From the human T2T-CHM13v2.0 reference genome, Homo sapiens, in assembly GCA_009914755.4 (NCBI GenBank), contig CP086569.2, positions 4,384,001-4,448,000 of the forward strand: a stretch of DNA of 64,000 bases, given 5' to 3'. This document shows, one piece after another, positions 43,450-62,098 of this stretch. The translations under genes were made by a program, and so were the position numbers. Each line of letters begins with the position of its first letter. Positions within the stretch are counted from its first letter, which is position 1. The notes under the pieces were generated by a model that saw only the letters and a program-made list of their open reading frames with translations, was not told where the DNA came from and searched no databases.

Positions 43450-44410
43450 CACTGCTATACACCAACAATAACCAAGCTGAGAATCAGACCAATAACTCAA
43501 TCCCTTTAACAACAGCTCAAAAAAACAAATACTCAGGAAAGTACTTAACCAAGCAGGTGAAACATCTCTATAGGAAAACTACAAAACATTGCTGTAAGAA
43601 ATTATATATGACACAAATAAATGGAAACGCCTCTCATGCTCATGGATAGGTAGAATCAATACCATGAAAATGATCACACTGCCCAAAGCAGTCTACAGAT
43701 TCAATGTAATTCTCATCAAAACATCATCATTATCATTCACAGAATTAGAAAAAAATCCTAAAATTCATATGGAACCAAAAAGACCCCACATATCACAAGT
43801 GAGACTAAGCAAAAAGAACAAATCTGGAGGCATCACATTATCCAACTTCAAATTATACTACAAGGATATAGTTACCCAAATAGCATGGTACTGATATAAA
43901 AATAGGCATGTAGACCAATGGAACAGAATAGAGAACTCAGAAATAAAGCCAAATACTTGCAGCCAACTAACCTTCGCTAAAGCATACAAAAACAAAAATT
44001 GAGTAAAGGACACCTTATTCAATAAATGGTGTTGGGAAAACTAGCAAGCCACATGTAGAAGGATGAAACCAGATGCTCATCTCTCACTTTATACAAAGAT
44101 CAACTCAAGATGGATCAAAGACTTAAATCTAAGACTTGAAACCATAAAAATTATAGAAGATAACATCAAAAAAACTCTTCTAGACATTGGCTTAGGCAAG
44201 GAATTCATGAGTAAGACCCCAAAAGCAAATACAACAAAAACAAAAATAAATAGATGGTACCTAATTAAATTAAAAAGCTTCTGCACAGCAAAATAAAGAA
44301 TCAGCAAACAGACAACCTACAGAGTAGGAGAAAATATTAGCTAACTATCCATTCAACAAAGACTAATATCTAGAATCTACAAGGAACACAAACAAATCAC
44401 AAAACACAAT
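43450..44410 (+). mobile_element. L1 ORF2 3'-half fragment, plus orientation, a separate copy
   Basis: The peptides …WIGRINTMKMITLPKAVYRFNVILIK… and …[37 protein letters not shown] correspond to L1 ORF2 C-terminal regions that overlap those already present upstream. Confidence 0.75.
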
Positions 44411-45676
44411 CAGAAATGACAAAGAGGACACTATACCAGTCTCCACGGAAATACAAAAGAAAAAACCCTCAGAGACTATTACAAACACCTCTACACACAG
44501 AAACTAAAAAACCTAGAAGAAATGGATCAATTCCTGGAAACATATGACCCCCCAAGATTGAACCAGAAAGAAATTGAAACACTGAACAGACAAATAATGA
44601 ATTTTGAAATTCAATAAGTAATAAAAAATCCTACAAACCAGGGAAAGTCCTGGACCAGACAGATTCACAACCTAACTCTACCAAACGTATAAAGACCTGG
44701 GACAATTCCAACTGAAAATGTTACAAAAAAATGAGGAGGAGAGATTCTTCCCTAATTTATTCTATGAGGCCAGGATCTTCCTGATACAAAAACTTGACAG
44801 AGACACAACAAAAATAATTTCAGGCCAATATCCTTGATGAACATAGATTCCAAAAATCCTCAACAAAATACTAGCAAACCAAATTCAGCAGCACATCTAA
44901 AAGTAAATCGACCATGATCAATAGGCACTATCCCTGGAATTCAAGGTTGGTTCAACATACACAAATCAATAAATGTCATTCCTCACATAAACAGAACTAA
45001 AAACAAAAGCCATGTGATCAACTCAATGCATGCAGAAAAGGCTTTCTATAACATTCAACATCTTTTTTTCATATTAAAAACACTCAACAAACTAGGCACT
45101 GAAAGAATATACCTGAAAATAATAAGAGCCATCTATACAATATCCACAGTCAACACCATACTGAATGGGCAAAAGTTCAATTCCCCTTGAGAACTAGAAA
45201 AAGACAAGGATGCGCACTCTCAACCATTCCTATTCAACATAGTACTAGAAGTCTTAGCCAGAGCAATCAGACAAGAGAAATAAATTAAAGGCATCCAATT
45301 AGGAAGAGAGGAAGTCAAACTATCTCTATTTGCATCCAATATGATTTTATATCCAGAAAACGCCAGAGTCTCTGCAAGTATCCTAGATCTGGTAGACAAT
45401 TTCAGTAAGGTTTTAAGATACAAAATCATCGTACAAAAATCACTAACATTTTTACACACCAACAACATCCAGGCTGAGTGCCAAATCAAGAACACCATCT
45501 CATTCACAATGGCCATATTAAAAAAGATCTAGGAATACAACTAAATAGGGATCTGAAGGATCTCTACAATGAGAATTATAAAACACTGAAAGAAAGAAAT
45601 CAGAGATGATACAAACAAATGAAAAAACATTCCATGCTCATGAATAGGAAGGATATATATTGTTAAAAGTCATCAT

Positions 45677-46001
<325 letters not shown>

Positions 46002-46945
46002 TTACAGATCTAATATTATTCCTATCAAACTACTAACATCATATTTCACAGAACTAGAAAAACTATTCTAAAATTCTATGGAACCAAAAAGTAGCCCAAA
46101 GTGTTAAAGCAATCCTAAGAAAAAAATAAAAATGCTGGAGGCAGTACATTACCCAACTTCACACCATACTATAAGACTACGGTAGCAAAAATAACAAGGT
46201 AATGGTACAAAAACAGAAACATACATCAACAGAACAGGTAAGAGAACTGAGAAATAAAGCTGCATACCTACATGCATCTGATCTTTGACAAAACTGACAA
46301 AAATAAGCAATGGGAAAAGGGTTTCCTATTCAATAAATGATGCTGGGACAACTGACCAGCAATATGCAGAAAATTAAAACTGGACCCCTTCCTTAGACCA
46401 TATACAAAAAATCAACTCAAGATGGATTAAAGACTTAAATGTAAAACCTCAAACTATAAAAGCCTAGAAGAAAACCTAAGAAACACAACTCTGGACATAG
46501 GCCCTGGCAAAGATTTCATGACAAATATGCCAAAAGCAATTGCAACAAAAACAAAAATTGACAAATGGGATCTAATTAAACAAAAGAGCTTCTGCACAGC
46601 AAAATAAACTATGAACAGAGTAAACAGACAACCTACAGAATGGGAGAAAATACTTGCAAACTATTCTTCTGACAAAGGTTTAATATCCAGAATCTATAAG
46701 GAACCTAAATGAACAAGCAAAAGACAAATAGGCCCATTAAAAAGTGGACAAAAGACATAAATAGACACTTTTCAAAAGAAGACATAGATGCAGCCAGCAA
46801 GCACTTGAAAAATGCTGAACATAACTAATCATTAGAGAAATGTAAATCAAAACCACAAGGAGATGCCATCTCACATCAGTCAGAATGGCTACTATTGAAA
46901 CATTAAGAAACAACAGATGCTGCCAAGATTTTGGAGAAAATGGAA

Positions 46946-46959
46946 TGCTTACACACTGT
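46946..46959. repeat. Left target-site duplication gcttacacactgtt of the nested L1PA insertion, possibly 16 bp (atgcttacacactgtt)
   Basis: The identical 14-16-mer recurs at 52049-52062. The host L1 reads continuously across the two copies. Confidence 0.85.
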
Positions 46960-48191
<1,232 letters not shown>

Positions 48192-48395
48192 TCACCAATA
48201 TCCGCTGTTCTTCAGCCTCCGCTGCTGATGCCAGGCAAACAGGGTCTGGAGTGGACCTCCAGCAAACTCCAACAGACCTGCAGCTGAGGGTCCTGACTGT
48301 TAGAAGGAAAACTAACAAACAGAAGGGACATCCTCACCAAAACCCTATCTGCACATCACCATCATCAAAGACCAAAGGTAGATAAAACCACAAAG

Positions 48396-49298
48396 ATGGG
48401 GAAAAAAACAGAGCAGAAAAACTGGAAACTCTAAGGATCAGAGCACCTCTCCTCCTCCAAAGGAACGCAGCTCCTCACCAGCAATGGAACAAAGCTGCAC
48501 AGAGAATGACTTTGACGAGTTGAGAGAAGAAGGTTTCAGACGATCAAACTACTCTGAGCTAAAAGAGGAAGTTTGAACCCACGGCAAAGAAGTTTAAATC
48601 TTGAAAAAAAGTTAGCTGAATGGCTAACTAGAATAACCAATGCAGAGAAGTCCTTAAAGGACCTGATGGAGCTGAAAACCACGGCACGAGAACTACGTGA
48701 CAAATGCACAAGCCTCAGTAGCCAATTCAATCAACTGGAAGAAAGGGTATCAGTGATGGAAGATCAAATGAATGAAATGAAGTGAGAAGAGAAGTTTAGA
48801 GAAAAAAGAATAAAAAGAAACAAACAAAGCCTCCAAGAAATATGGGACTATGTGAAAAGACCAAATCTACGTCTGATTGGTGTACCTGAAAGTGACGGGG
48901 AGAATGGAACGAAGTTGGAAAACACTCTGCAGGATATTATCCAGGAGAACTTCCCCAATGTAGCAAGGCAGGCCAACATTCAAATTCAGGAAATACAGAG
49001 AATGCCACAAAGATACACCTTGAGAAGAGCAACTCCAAGACACATAATTGTCAGATTCATCAAAGTTGAAATGAAGGAAAAAATGTTAAGGGCAGCCAGA
49101 GAGAAAGGTTGGGTTACCCACAAAGGGAAGCCCATCAGACTAACAGCGGATCTCTCGGCAGAAACTCTACAAGCCAGAAGAGAGTGGGGGCCAATATTCA
49201 ACATCCTTAAAGAAAAGAATTTTCAACCCAGAATTTCATATCCAGCCAAACTAAATTTCATAAGTAAAGGAGAAATAAAATCCTTTACAGACAAGTAA
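48396..49298 (+). pseudogene. L1PA ORF1 remnant, frameshifted (for example A7 instead of A6 after the ATG)
   Basis: The sequence atggggaaaaaaacagagcagaaaaactggaaactctaag… is visible. The ORF pieces 48573..48785 (…KSLKDLMELKTTARELRDKCTSLSSQFNQLEERVSVMEDQMNEMK) and 48852..49298 (…RLIGVPESDGENGTKLENTLQDIIQENFPN…LQARREWGPIFNILKEKNFQPRISYPAKLNFISKGEIKSFTDK) match L1 ORF1p. Confidence 0.9.
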
Positions 49299-49475
49299 AT
49301 GCTGAGAGATTTTGCCACCACCAGGTCTGCCCTAAAAGAGCTCCTGAAGGAAGCACTAAACATGGAAAGGAACAACCGGTACCAGCCACTGCAAAAACAT
49401 GCCAAATTGTAAAGACCATCGAGGCTAGGAAGAAACTACATCAACTAACGAGCAAAATAACCAGCTAACATCATA

Positions 49476-52048
<2,573 letters not shown>

Positions 52049-52062
52049 GCTTACACACTGTT
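52049..52062. repeat. Right target-site duplication gcttacacactgtt of the nested L1PA insertion
   Basis: It is identical to 46946-46959 and is followed immediately by the continuation of the host L1 (aatggacatgtaaattcgtccagtcactgtggaaacagtctggagatttctcaaagaac). Confidence 0.85.
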
Positions 52063-52230
52063 AATGGACATGTAAATTCGTCCAGTCACTGTGGAAACAG
52101 TCTGGAGATTTCTCAAAGAACTTAAAACAAAATTACCCTTTGACCCAAAAATCCCATTACTGGGTATATACCCAAAATAAAACAAATCATTCTACCAAAA
52201 GGACATGTGCGCTCATATGTTAATAGTGAA
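52049..52230 (+). mobile_element. Continuation and 3' truncation of the host older L1 (partner of 44411-46959)
   Basis: The sequence …ttaatggacatgtaaattcgtccagtcactgtggaaacagtctggagatttctcaaagaacttaaaacaaaattaccctttgacccaaaaatcccattactgggtatatacccaaaa…ggacatgtgcgctcatatgtt corresponds to L1 ORF2 C-terminal sequence (…cactcttacactgttggtgggactgtaaactagttcaaccattgtggaa…catcccattactgggtatatacccaaa…). Confidence 0.8.
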
Positions 52231-55200
52231 GGAGGTGAAATAATACCAAAATATTTCTTCTCCTCACTCAAAATTACAGAGTTAAAAGGGATTTCAAAGA
52301 TCGTTTTTAACTATCTCACCTTAAAAAATAAATAATTTCTAGGTTTGTTAAGAAGCAAAGTGATAGCTCCAAGATTATCCAGGAAGCATCATAATCAGTC
52401 TTTGATTTAACATTCTCTCCACATCCAAATTCAAAACTAAACGTCTCTCCTTTTTCTTTTCAAAAATCCCAATGTATATCTCTAATTATCTATTATCTTT
52501 TACTGAATTTATTTAATATCTGGTTCATTTACTTGATTAAAAACTCCTTGAAAAGAGAGATCCTTTTTATTCACATTTGCATTCATAGACACATACATCT
52601 CACTTTGTACATTTCAACTAATGTTTATTAAATAGACAAAATTATTAAATTCAAAAATAAGGGCTAGACATTGGTTTTATGGCTATTATTCTTTTTACAA
52701 TGTTATCCTGCCACTTCTATTCGTTTATTTTACCTACTAAAAATTAAATTATATAACCTACGTAGAAATTGTTTTTCTACTGAAATAGTTCTGTCTGCTT
52801 CAGGTTCCTCAAGATGCTGTAAGAAATGCTAAAATAATACATGTAAATTAAGAAAAACCTTTTGGCAAAGAATATATTGTTTTAAAATTCCAAGGTCAAG
52901 AGAATGATATGAAATATCCAAAACAGGAAAATATAAAGACAATTATTTGTGGTTTCCTGGGGCTTGAAGGAGAGGAGCTGGGGAGTGACTACTAATGGGT
53001 ATGTGGTTTATTTTTGGAATGATGAAAATGTTCCCAAATCAGATTATGATGATAGTCACACAACTCTTTATTCATTCTATAATCCACTGAATTGTACATT
53101 GTAAATAGGTGAACTTTATGGTATCTAAATTATATCTTAATAAAGCAGTTAAAAAATGCTCTCCCCAAATGGAAAAAAAAATGGTCCATAATAAAATTGG
53201 TTGATGAGAAAGTTTAAATGATTTGAACTCCTGTGATTTAAAATTCTGGATATACTTACTACTCTTTATATAAGAAAGTTACAATATTAAAAGGATAGAT
53301 ATATTAACAGTAAAAAATAATCGCTTGGAGGATAATCAGCCGTATCTGGGTTCCGATTAAAGCTCTACCACTTACCTGATGTGTAATCAAGTTACTTAAC
53401 CACCTTGAACTACCGTTTCCTCAGAGGAAAATAATAGTACCTAATTCACAGAGTTGTCATAAATATTAAATAAGACCTATTATATTCAGTGCTTAATTCC
53501 TCTTGTTATTCTTTCTCCACTTACTTTTATTTTATGCTATATCCAACTCTAGATTTTGGGGCCTAAGTCTACCCACATAATCACTTATTTCTTCTTTTCT
53601 TCATATGGATAATTTGCACTTTACAAGTGCAGAATTTAATATCTCATCTTGCAAACAGTCTCACCTTTGTTCCTCTTTGTTTTATATGAGAAAGCTTCAT
53701 GTGTCTACCTTCATCCTGCTAAACTCTATGTGGATTAGGAACATAAACTCTTAGGGCAAACTTATTGTATTTAAATTCCACTTCCAAAATTATTAACTAT
53801 TTGAACTTTGGTAAGTGACTGGCCTCTCTTGCCTCAGTTTCTTCATCTGTAAAGCAAAGATAAAAATAACGTTGACCTTATAGGCTTTAATACTGAGGTG
53901 TCTTAGTTCATTACGTGTTGCTATAACAGAAAACCTGAGGCTGAGTAATTTATTTTAGAAAAATAGGTTTATTTAGCTCACAATTCTTCAGGCTAGGAAG
54001 ATCAAGGGATGAAAGATCTTCAGGCTAGGAAGATGTACTTGGCTTCTCATGAGGACTTTTGTACTGCATTATAACATGCCAGAGAAAGTCAATGGAGAAG
54101 CAGACACACGTACAGAGACAAAACATGAGGGGCATCCTGCTTTTATAAGAACCCACTGTTAAAAGAAAAACCTCAAACATATTGAATTTAACAGAGTTTC
54201 ATTAAGCAAAGAACAATTTGTGAATGTGGAATTACCTCCTAACCAGAATAGCTTGAGGAAGATTCCAAGATGCTGTACGGTCGGATAGGATTTTTGGACA
54301 GAAAAAGGAAAGTGATGTACAGAAAATAGAAGTGAAATACAGAAACAGCTGGATTGGTTACAGCCTGGCCTTTGCCTTATTTGTACACAGTTTGAACAGT
54401 TGGCTGCCTGTGGCTAGCTGCAACTCAGTAATTCGTACAGTAGGAAATTATAGTCTATTTACACATCCAATTAGTTTACAGTTCACTAAATACTGAGAAA
54501 TGTTTCAGGACAAGCTTAAAATATGTAAGCAGACAGCTTTAGGCTAAATTTTAACACCCACTCTCAAGAGAATATTTTCAGTCTCTTGAGAATGAGAACT
54601 TATTCTCTACCACAAACCACGCCACGTAATTTATGAGAGATTCATCCTCATAATCCAAACACCTCCCTTTAGTCCCCACTTTCCAATACAACAAAACTGG
54701 GGATCAAATTTCAACATGAGTTTTGTTGGGGACAAGCAAACTATATCCAAGCCATAACATGAGGATAGTACCTGCTAAATAGAAAGTTCACAGTCAATAT
54801 TGAATATCAAAAATGATTAATAAGTCTAATTATTCTCATAAAAATCTTCAAATTGTGGATCCATAAAGACTCTGGAGTTGCTTGTATTTTCCAATAAATA
54901 CTCTTATTCACTCTCTTAAACAAACTATTTTATTCTACACTTTATCCCAACAGAACCCTAACCCTTTATAGGGACCCTATATAACTGTAACCCTTTTCCT
55001 TACTATGTTTATTTCTTTATTATGCCTTAGCCTAGCTGGACTTGCAAAAAATAATATATTCATAGTCTGTGTTCATTCAGCACCCAGTTATGAAGAATCA
55101 GAAGACTACCTGGGAGGTCAAAGATTTTTACTTGCTCTAGAGTAGCTCAAAAAGGCTACTTGGACACAAAGGTACAAAGTAGGCAAGGGAGATTCTCCAG

Positions 55201-55443
55201 AATACATCTAAGGTAAGTAATATAACCTCTAGAACATCTATGTATTCTTGATTTTTTAAAAAACTCTTTTCATTTTTGTGGGATCATAGTAGGTGATATA
55301 TTTATGGGGTACATGAGATATTAGTATTTTGATACAGGCATGTAATGTGAAATAATCACATCATTGAGAATGAGATATCCATCCACTCAAGCATTTATCC
55401 TCTGTGTTACAAGCAACCCAATTACATTATTTTAGTTATTTTA

Positions 55444-55774
<331 letters not shown>

Positions 55775-57606
55775 TATTTTAGTTATTTTAAAATGTACAC
55801 ATTATTATCAACTATCCTGTTGTGCTATCAAATAGTAGGTCTTATTCATTCTTTCTAACTATTAACATTCCCTATTAACACTCCCTACCTGCTTCCCAAA
55901 CCCCCACTACCCTTTCCAGCCTCTGGTAACAATTTTTCTACTGCACATGTCCATGAGTTCAATTGTTTTGATTTTTAGATCCCACAGATAAGTGAAAGCA
56001 TGTGATGTTTGTTTTTCTTAGCCTGGCTTACTTCTCTTAACATAATGACATCCAGTTCCATCCATATTGTTGCAAATGACAGAATCTCATTCTTTTTTTC
56101 ATGGCCGAATAGTATGCCATTATGTATATTAGAACATTATCCATTCATCTGTTGATGGTCACTGAAATTGCTTCCTTATCAGCTATGTGAACAGTGCTGC
56201 AACTAACATGGGAATGCAGATATTTCTCTGATATACTTATTTCTTTTCTTTTGAGTATATACCCAGTAATGGGATTGCTGGATCATATGGTAGCTCTATT
56301 TTTTGCTTTTCTGAGGAAGCTCCAAACTGTTTTCTGCAGCGGTTGTACTAATTTACATTCCCACCAACAGTGTGTGAGGATTCTCTTTTCTCCACATTCA
56401 CACCAGCATTTGTTATTGCTTGTCTTTGGATAAAAGACAGTTTAACTGGGGTAAGAGAATATCTCATTGTACTTTTACTTTTCATTTCTCTGATGATCAA
56501 TGACGTTGAGCACTTTTGCCATTTGTATGTCTTCTTTTAAGAAATGTCTATTTAAATGTTTTGCCCAGCTTTTTATTGAACTATTAGATACTTTCCTACA
56601 GAGTTGTTTGAACTACTTATGTCTTCTGGTTATTAATCCCTTGTCAGGTGGATAGTTTGCAAATATTTTCTTCCATGCTGTGGGTTATCTCTTCATTTTG
56701 TTGATAGTTTTCTTTGCTGTGCAGAAGCTTTTTAAATTGATGTGATCCATTTTGTCTTTGGTTGCCACTTGTGGGGTATTGCTCAAGAAACTTTTGCCCA
56801 GACCAATGTCTTGAAGACGTTTCCCAAAGTTTTCTTGAAGTAATTTCATAGTTTATGTCTTAGATTTAAGTCTTTCATCCATTTTTATTTGATTTGTGTA
56901 TGTGTCAAGAGATAGGGTCTATTTTCATTCTTCTGCATATGGATACTCAGTTTTCCCAGTACAATTTATTGAAGAGACTGTTTTTTCCTCGGTGTATGTT
57001 CTTGGCACCTTTGTGGAAATTGAGCTCACTGTAGGTATGTGGATTTGTTTCTGGGTTCTCTCTTCTGTTCCATTGGTCTATGTGTCTGTTTTTGTTTAAG
57101 CCAGTACCATACTGTTTGGGTTACTATAGCTCTGTATTATAATTTGAAGTCAGGTACTGTGATTCCTCGAGCTTTGTTCTTTTGCTCAGGATAGTGCGGG
57201 CTATTCTGGGCCTTTTGTGGTTCTGTATAAAATTTAGGATAGTTTTTCCTATTTATGCAAAGAATTCACTGGTATTTTGACAGGGATTGCATTGAATCTG
57301 TAGATAGCTTTGGAGAATAAAGGCATTTTAACAATATTGATTCTTCCAATCCATGAACATTGACTATTTTTCCATTTCTTGGTGTCCTTTTCAACTTCTT
57401 TCCTCAGTGTTTTATAATTTTCATTATCGAGATATTTCACCTGCTTGGTTAATTTTTAGGTATTTAGTTTTGTGTGTGGCTATTGTAAATGGAATTACTT
57501 TTTAAATTTCTTTTTCAGATTGTTCCCTGTTGACATTTAGAAATGCTACTGATTTTTTATGTTAATTTTGTATTCTCCAACATTTTTTTGCTTTTTAGTT
57601 TTAATT

Positions 57607-57607
57607 G

Positions 57608-57654
<47 letters not shown>

Positions 57655-57666
57655 TGTGTGTTTGTG
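57607..57666. repeat. (GT)n microsatellite of about 27 units with 2 interruptions, inside L1
   Basis: The sequence gttgtgtgtgtgtg…gtatgtgtgtgtgtgtttgtgg is visible. Confidence 0.95.
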
Positions 57667-58213
57667 GAGTATTTAGTATTTTCCAAATGTAAAATCATAT
57701 CATCTGCAAACAAGTATAATTTGACTTCTTCCTTTCCAATTCAGATATCCTTTATATCTTTCTCTTGTCTGATTGCTCTAACTAGGACTTCCATTTCTAT
57801 GTTAAATAACAGCAGTGACAGTGGGCATCCTTGTTGTGTTCCAGATCTTAGAAAAAAGGCTTTCAGTTCTTTCTTGTTCAGTAGGATACCAGCTGTGAGT
57901 CTGTCATACTTGACTTTTATGTTGAGGTATATTCCTTCTACACCCAGTTTTTTGAGAGTTTTTATCATAAGGGAAGTTAAAAGTTATCAAATGCTATTTG
58001 GGCATCAATTAAAATGACTATGATATTTTTCCTCATTCTGTTGATATGATGGGTCACATTGACTGATTTGCATATGTTAAACCATCCTTGCATCACAGGG
58101 ATAAATCCCACTTGGTCATGATGAATGATCTTTCTAATGTATTGTTGAACTTGGTTTTCTAGTATTTCATTGAGAATTTTTGCATGAATATTCATCAGAG
58201 ATATTGGTCTGTA

Positions 58214-58259
58214 GTTTTTGTTTTGTTTTGTTTTGTTTTGTTTTGTTTTGTTTTGTTTG
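58214..58259. repeat. (GTTTT)8 microsatellite inside L1
   Basis: The sequence tttttgttttgttttgttttgttttgttttgttttgttttgtttg is visible. Confidence 0.95.
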
Positions 58260-61200
58260 AGGTGTTTGTCTGGTTTTGGTATCAAGGTAATACTGGCCTC
58301 ATAGAATGAGTTTGAAGGTGTTCCCTCCTCTTCTATTTTCTGGAATAGTTTGAGTAAGAATGTTATTTGTTCTTCTTTAAATGTTTGATAGAATTCAGCA
58401 ATGAAGCCATCAGGTCCCAGGCTTTTCTTTACTGGGAGGATTTTATTATGCCTTTGATCTTGTTATTTGTTATTGTTCTGTTCAGGTTTTGGATTTCTTC
58501 ATGGTTTAATCTTGGTAGATTGTATGTGTCTAAAAATTTATTCACTTCATCTAGTTTTCCCAATTTATTGGCATATAGCTGCTCATAGTAGCCCCTAATG
58601 AATTTAAATTTCTGCAGTATCAGTTCTAATGTCTACTTTTTCATTTCTGCTTTTATTTATTTGTATCTTCTCTCTTTTTCTCTTAGATACTCTGGCTACA
58701 CATTTATCAATTTTGTTTAGCCTTCCAAAAATAAATATTCTTGATTTTTTACATACTGTAAATAAGTATCTGTGTCATCTTTGCAGTTAACTTCCCATTG
58801 ATTAATAATTGAGAAACATTTAAAAATCTCTTTCTCTGCAAAAATAGAATATTTTAAGATTTTTATAAAGTAATATAGAAAGTTCTGTGCTGCACTCAAA
58901 TCAAGACAATATTTTGTTTAAGTATTATGGTAATGATAGCTGTTCAGAGAAACTCAATGGCTATTTTTTTTGTTACTGGCAGTCATAGTAGTGCCCTGGG
59001 CAAAGTTATGAAAGGCTCATTAACATTATTAACCATAATAAACCAGCGTTTTTATTATATTAAGTCAATTTTTTTTTCACAGCATTTAAAATATTTTGAA
59101 ACAGAATTGGCATATTATGTACTTTCTTTAATATCCATGGGTTTATATATATTAATAGATTAAGCAGCAAATGAGTGTTTGCCTTTGGACAGTTTGAACA
59201 TTGCATTAAGCTCCTTATAAGTTTCTCATTTTCTTTCTTTAGCCTTACTTGTTCCTGACTTTTAATAGTCCGATATGCATCACGTCATTTTTTCATTAGT
59301 GCTGCTACCATGAGCATTTATGATAATTCAGTGTATGTGCCATAGTTATTACTGTAAGCCTCTGAACTGAGAATTAAACCTCATAAAGTCAGTTAACTGT
59401 GTAGAATATTTCAGTCTATCACGGTCAATTATTCTTAAAGACTATAGCCTCCCACCCAGTGCACTGAGTAACTCAAGAAATAGGAAGATATTTTCATTTA
59501 TATAATAAGGTTGACATGTGCCTTTACAATCCTCTTGAGCATGTCAATAAAAACATACCATACTTTCTATAAACAATTGTTACCATGCCCTCTAATTGTT
59601 GATATCTGATAAAATCTTCTATCTTATATTTGATACACTTATGCACAACATAATGATATACAATAATATGCCAATATTTTGTTTCAGTATTATAGTAATG
59701 ATAGCTGATATATGATAGTGGCCTCATCAGATCATAATACCATTTTTTATCATACTCTTTCTATGTTTAGATATATTTAGATATAGAAATGCTTGCCATT
59801 GTGTTACAGTTGCCTACAGGATTCAATACAGTAACATTGTATACAGGTTTGTAGTGTAAGAGCAATAGACTATAACATGTAGCCTAGGTGTGTGGTAGGC
59901 TGTACCATCAAGATTTACGTAAGTACACTCTATGATGTTCACACAATGAAAAAAAAAATTTCTAATGATGCATTTTTCAGAACGTATTCCTGTCATTAAT
60001 CAACACATAACTGTATTCAAATATATGATCAATAGCTATAAACCACGGATTCATATAGACCATTTGATAGTTATAAAGCTTGAAGATACCAGATAATACT
60101 TCATTTTGTAAAATTCAGGAAAAATAAAAAGATTTGGCACATGACAGATACATATCTGTGGATGTAGGTTTTTTTTTGCTGTAGTTTTCATTTCTTCAAT
60201 GTGTGTTATGTGAAATTTACAGGTTTATACATATGTAATAAATATTTAGCTTTTTTTGTTCTTGAAATGTGTTAATATTATTTACATTTAAGCTATTTAC
60301 TATCTATGTTTTAAAGACTTACCTATATATTATTTGCACATATTTCCATTCAAAAAGAAAAAACATATCATCAAAGAAACAAATAAATGAAATTTATGCT
60401 CCTAACTATCATTAAAAAAAAACTTGTTAGGCAGTAAGAAATGACTGAGGATTTTTTATATACTCCAAGGGTGATTTGTTTCTATTGGTGGAGGTAATTA
60501 TATTGCATTGTAACTTCAACATGCATTCTACATTAACTTTTGTAAATAGCAACAGCAAACAGTTGTTTCTAAACTCATCTTCAAAAAAAAGGTTCAGTAT
60601 TGGCAGAAAAGTATAGAACATACTATTTTAGATAAAAATATTAAGAGAATTCTGAGAATGAAGTAGACTTAAAGTTGAAGACAAAAAGAAAATGCTTGTA
60701 TGTATTAAAATAAATGAAATGACATATTGTGGCCAATACTATGCCCCACAGGTTTTATGGATGTTAAATAATTTAATATATATAAAGACATACTAGTATC
60801 ATTATTTCAGAAGTGAGCAATCTCAGACTCTGAGGCTGCAAGTAACTTGCCCATGATTATGTTGCTAGTAAATGATATAAAGATGCTGAAATGCAGATAG
60901 ATTTGTTCTTGATACTTGCTCTTATCCACAACAATATACTGCCTCCCAGAAGGAGGAATACATTCATTTGTAAAAGAAAGTGAAGCAACTGAAGGAACAG
61001 ATCGTGTTTGCAAAGTGTACTACCTCTAGTTATAATGACCAACATATGAGCTTGCTTCCTAAGGCCAACCGACCTAAAGTAACAACTAATTAACAGGAAC
61101 TGGTTTCCACTCTGGGAGTCAAATATGTGAAAAGTTGCATTTAAAAAACTAATAATTAATGTAATTTTATTTAACTATTTTTGAAAAATACTTCTTTATT

Positions 61201-61734
61201 CTCCAAAGTATACTTTAAATTTTTATTCAAATTCATGTAAAGCACTGACAAAGTGGTCAAAAACATTCCATGAATAAATTTAGGGGAATTACTTTATTAA
61301 AAAACCTCAAAGACACTTTCTGTGTGTGTGTGTGGATATACTAGGTGAAGTGTTTATCCTTTGGGACACTGAACAAACCTCAGCTTTTTAATACATGTTT
61401 TTCTGACTCTCTTAGAGAGTATTTGTCAATCTTTCCTTTTTTCTGAACCAATTTTCTCATACCTTCCATGGCAATTCACACATTGCAATGAAATTATATT
61501 TTCATGCTTACTTCATTAAGTAAACTGCATCGAACACAGGTAGAATTGGGTGTTTATTCCATCTCTGTAGTCCCACCACTAAATAAGAGGCTGAATACAT
61601 GTGTAATAGTGTAATAAAAAGCACATGTGCTTAATTATATTTTAAAGCAGAGGTGGAAAATACGTTTTGAATTCAGAGTAAGATTTCAAATGTGATGTTT
61701 GAATCTGAACAAAATATTAGGTTTTTAAAAATAT

Positions 61735-62098
<364 letters not shown>

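Noticed and set aside
43450-44410. Possibility that 41700-44410 represents recent tandem duplications within one L1
   Set aside because: The paired segments differ by roughly a quarter of their bases, which is far too diverged for a recent duplication. I treated them as overlapping fragments of different old L1 copies, with the uncertainty noted in the findings.
57559-58017. 152-aa ORF containing CVCVCVCVCVCVCVCVF
   Set aside because: It reads through the (GT)27 microsatellite and antisense L1 ORF2 sequence, so it is not a gene.
58925-59720. A 25-bp segment (gtttMagtattatRgtaatgatagctg) occurring twice about 760 bp apart
   Set aside because: It is a short, imperfect, single pair in AT-rich sequence and I see no surrounding structure such as terminal inverted repeats or a TSD. 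It is probably a chance or ancient duplication of no demonstrable significance.
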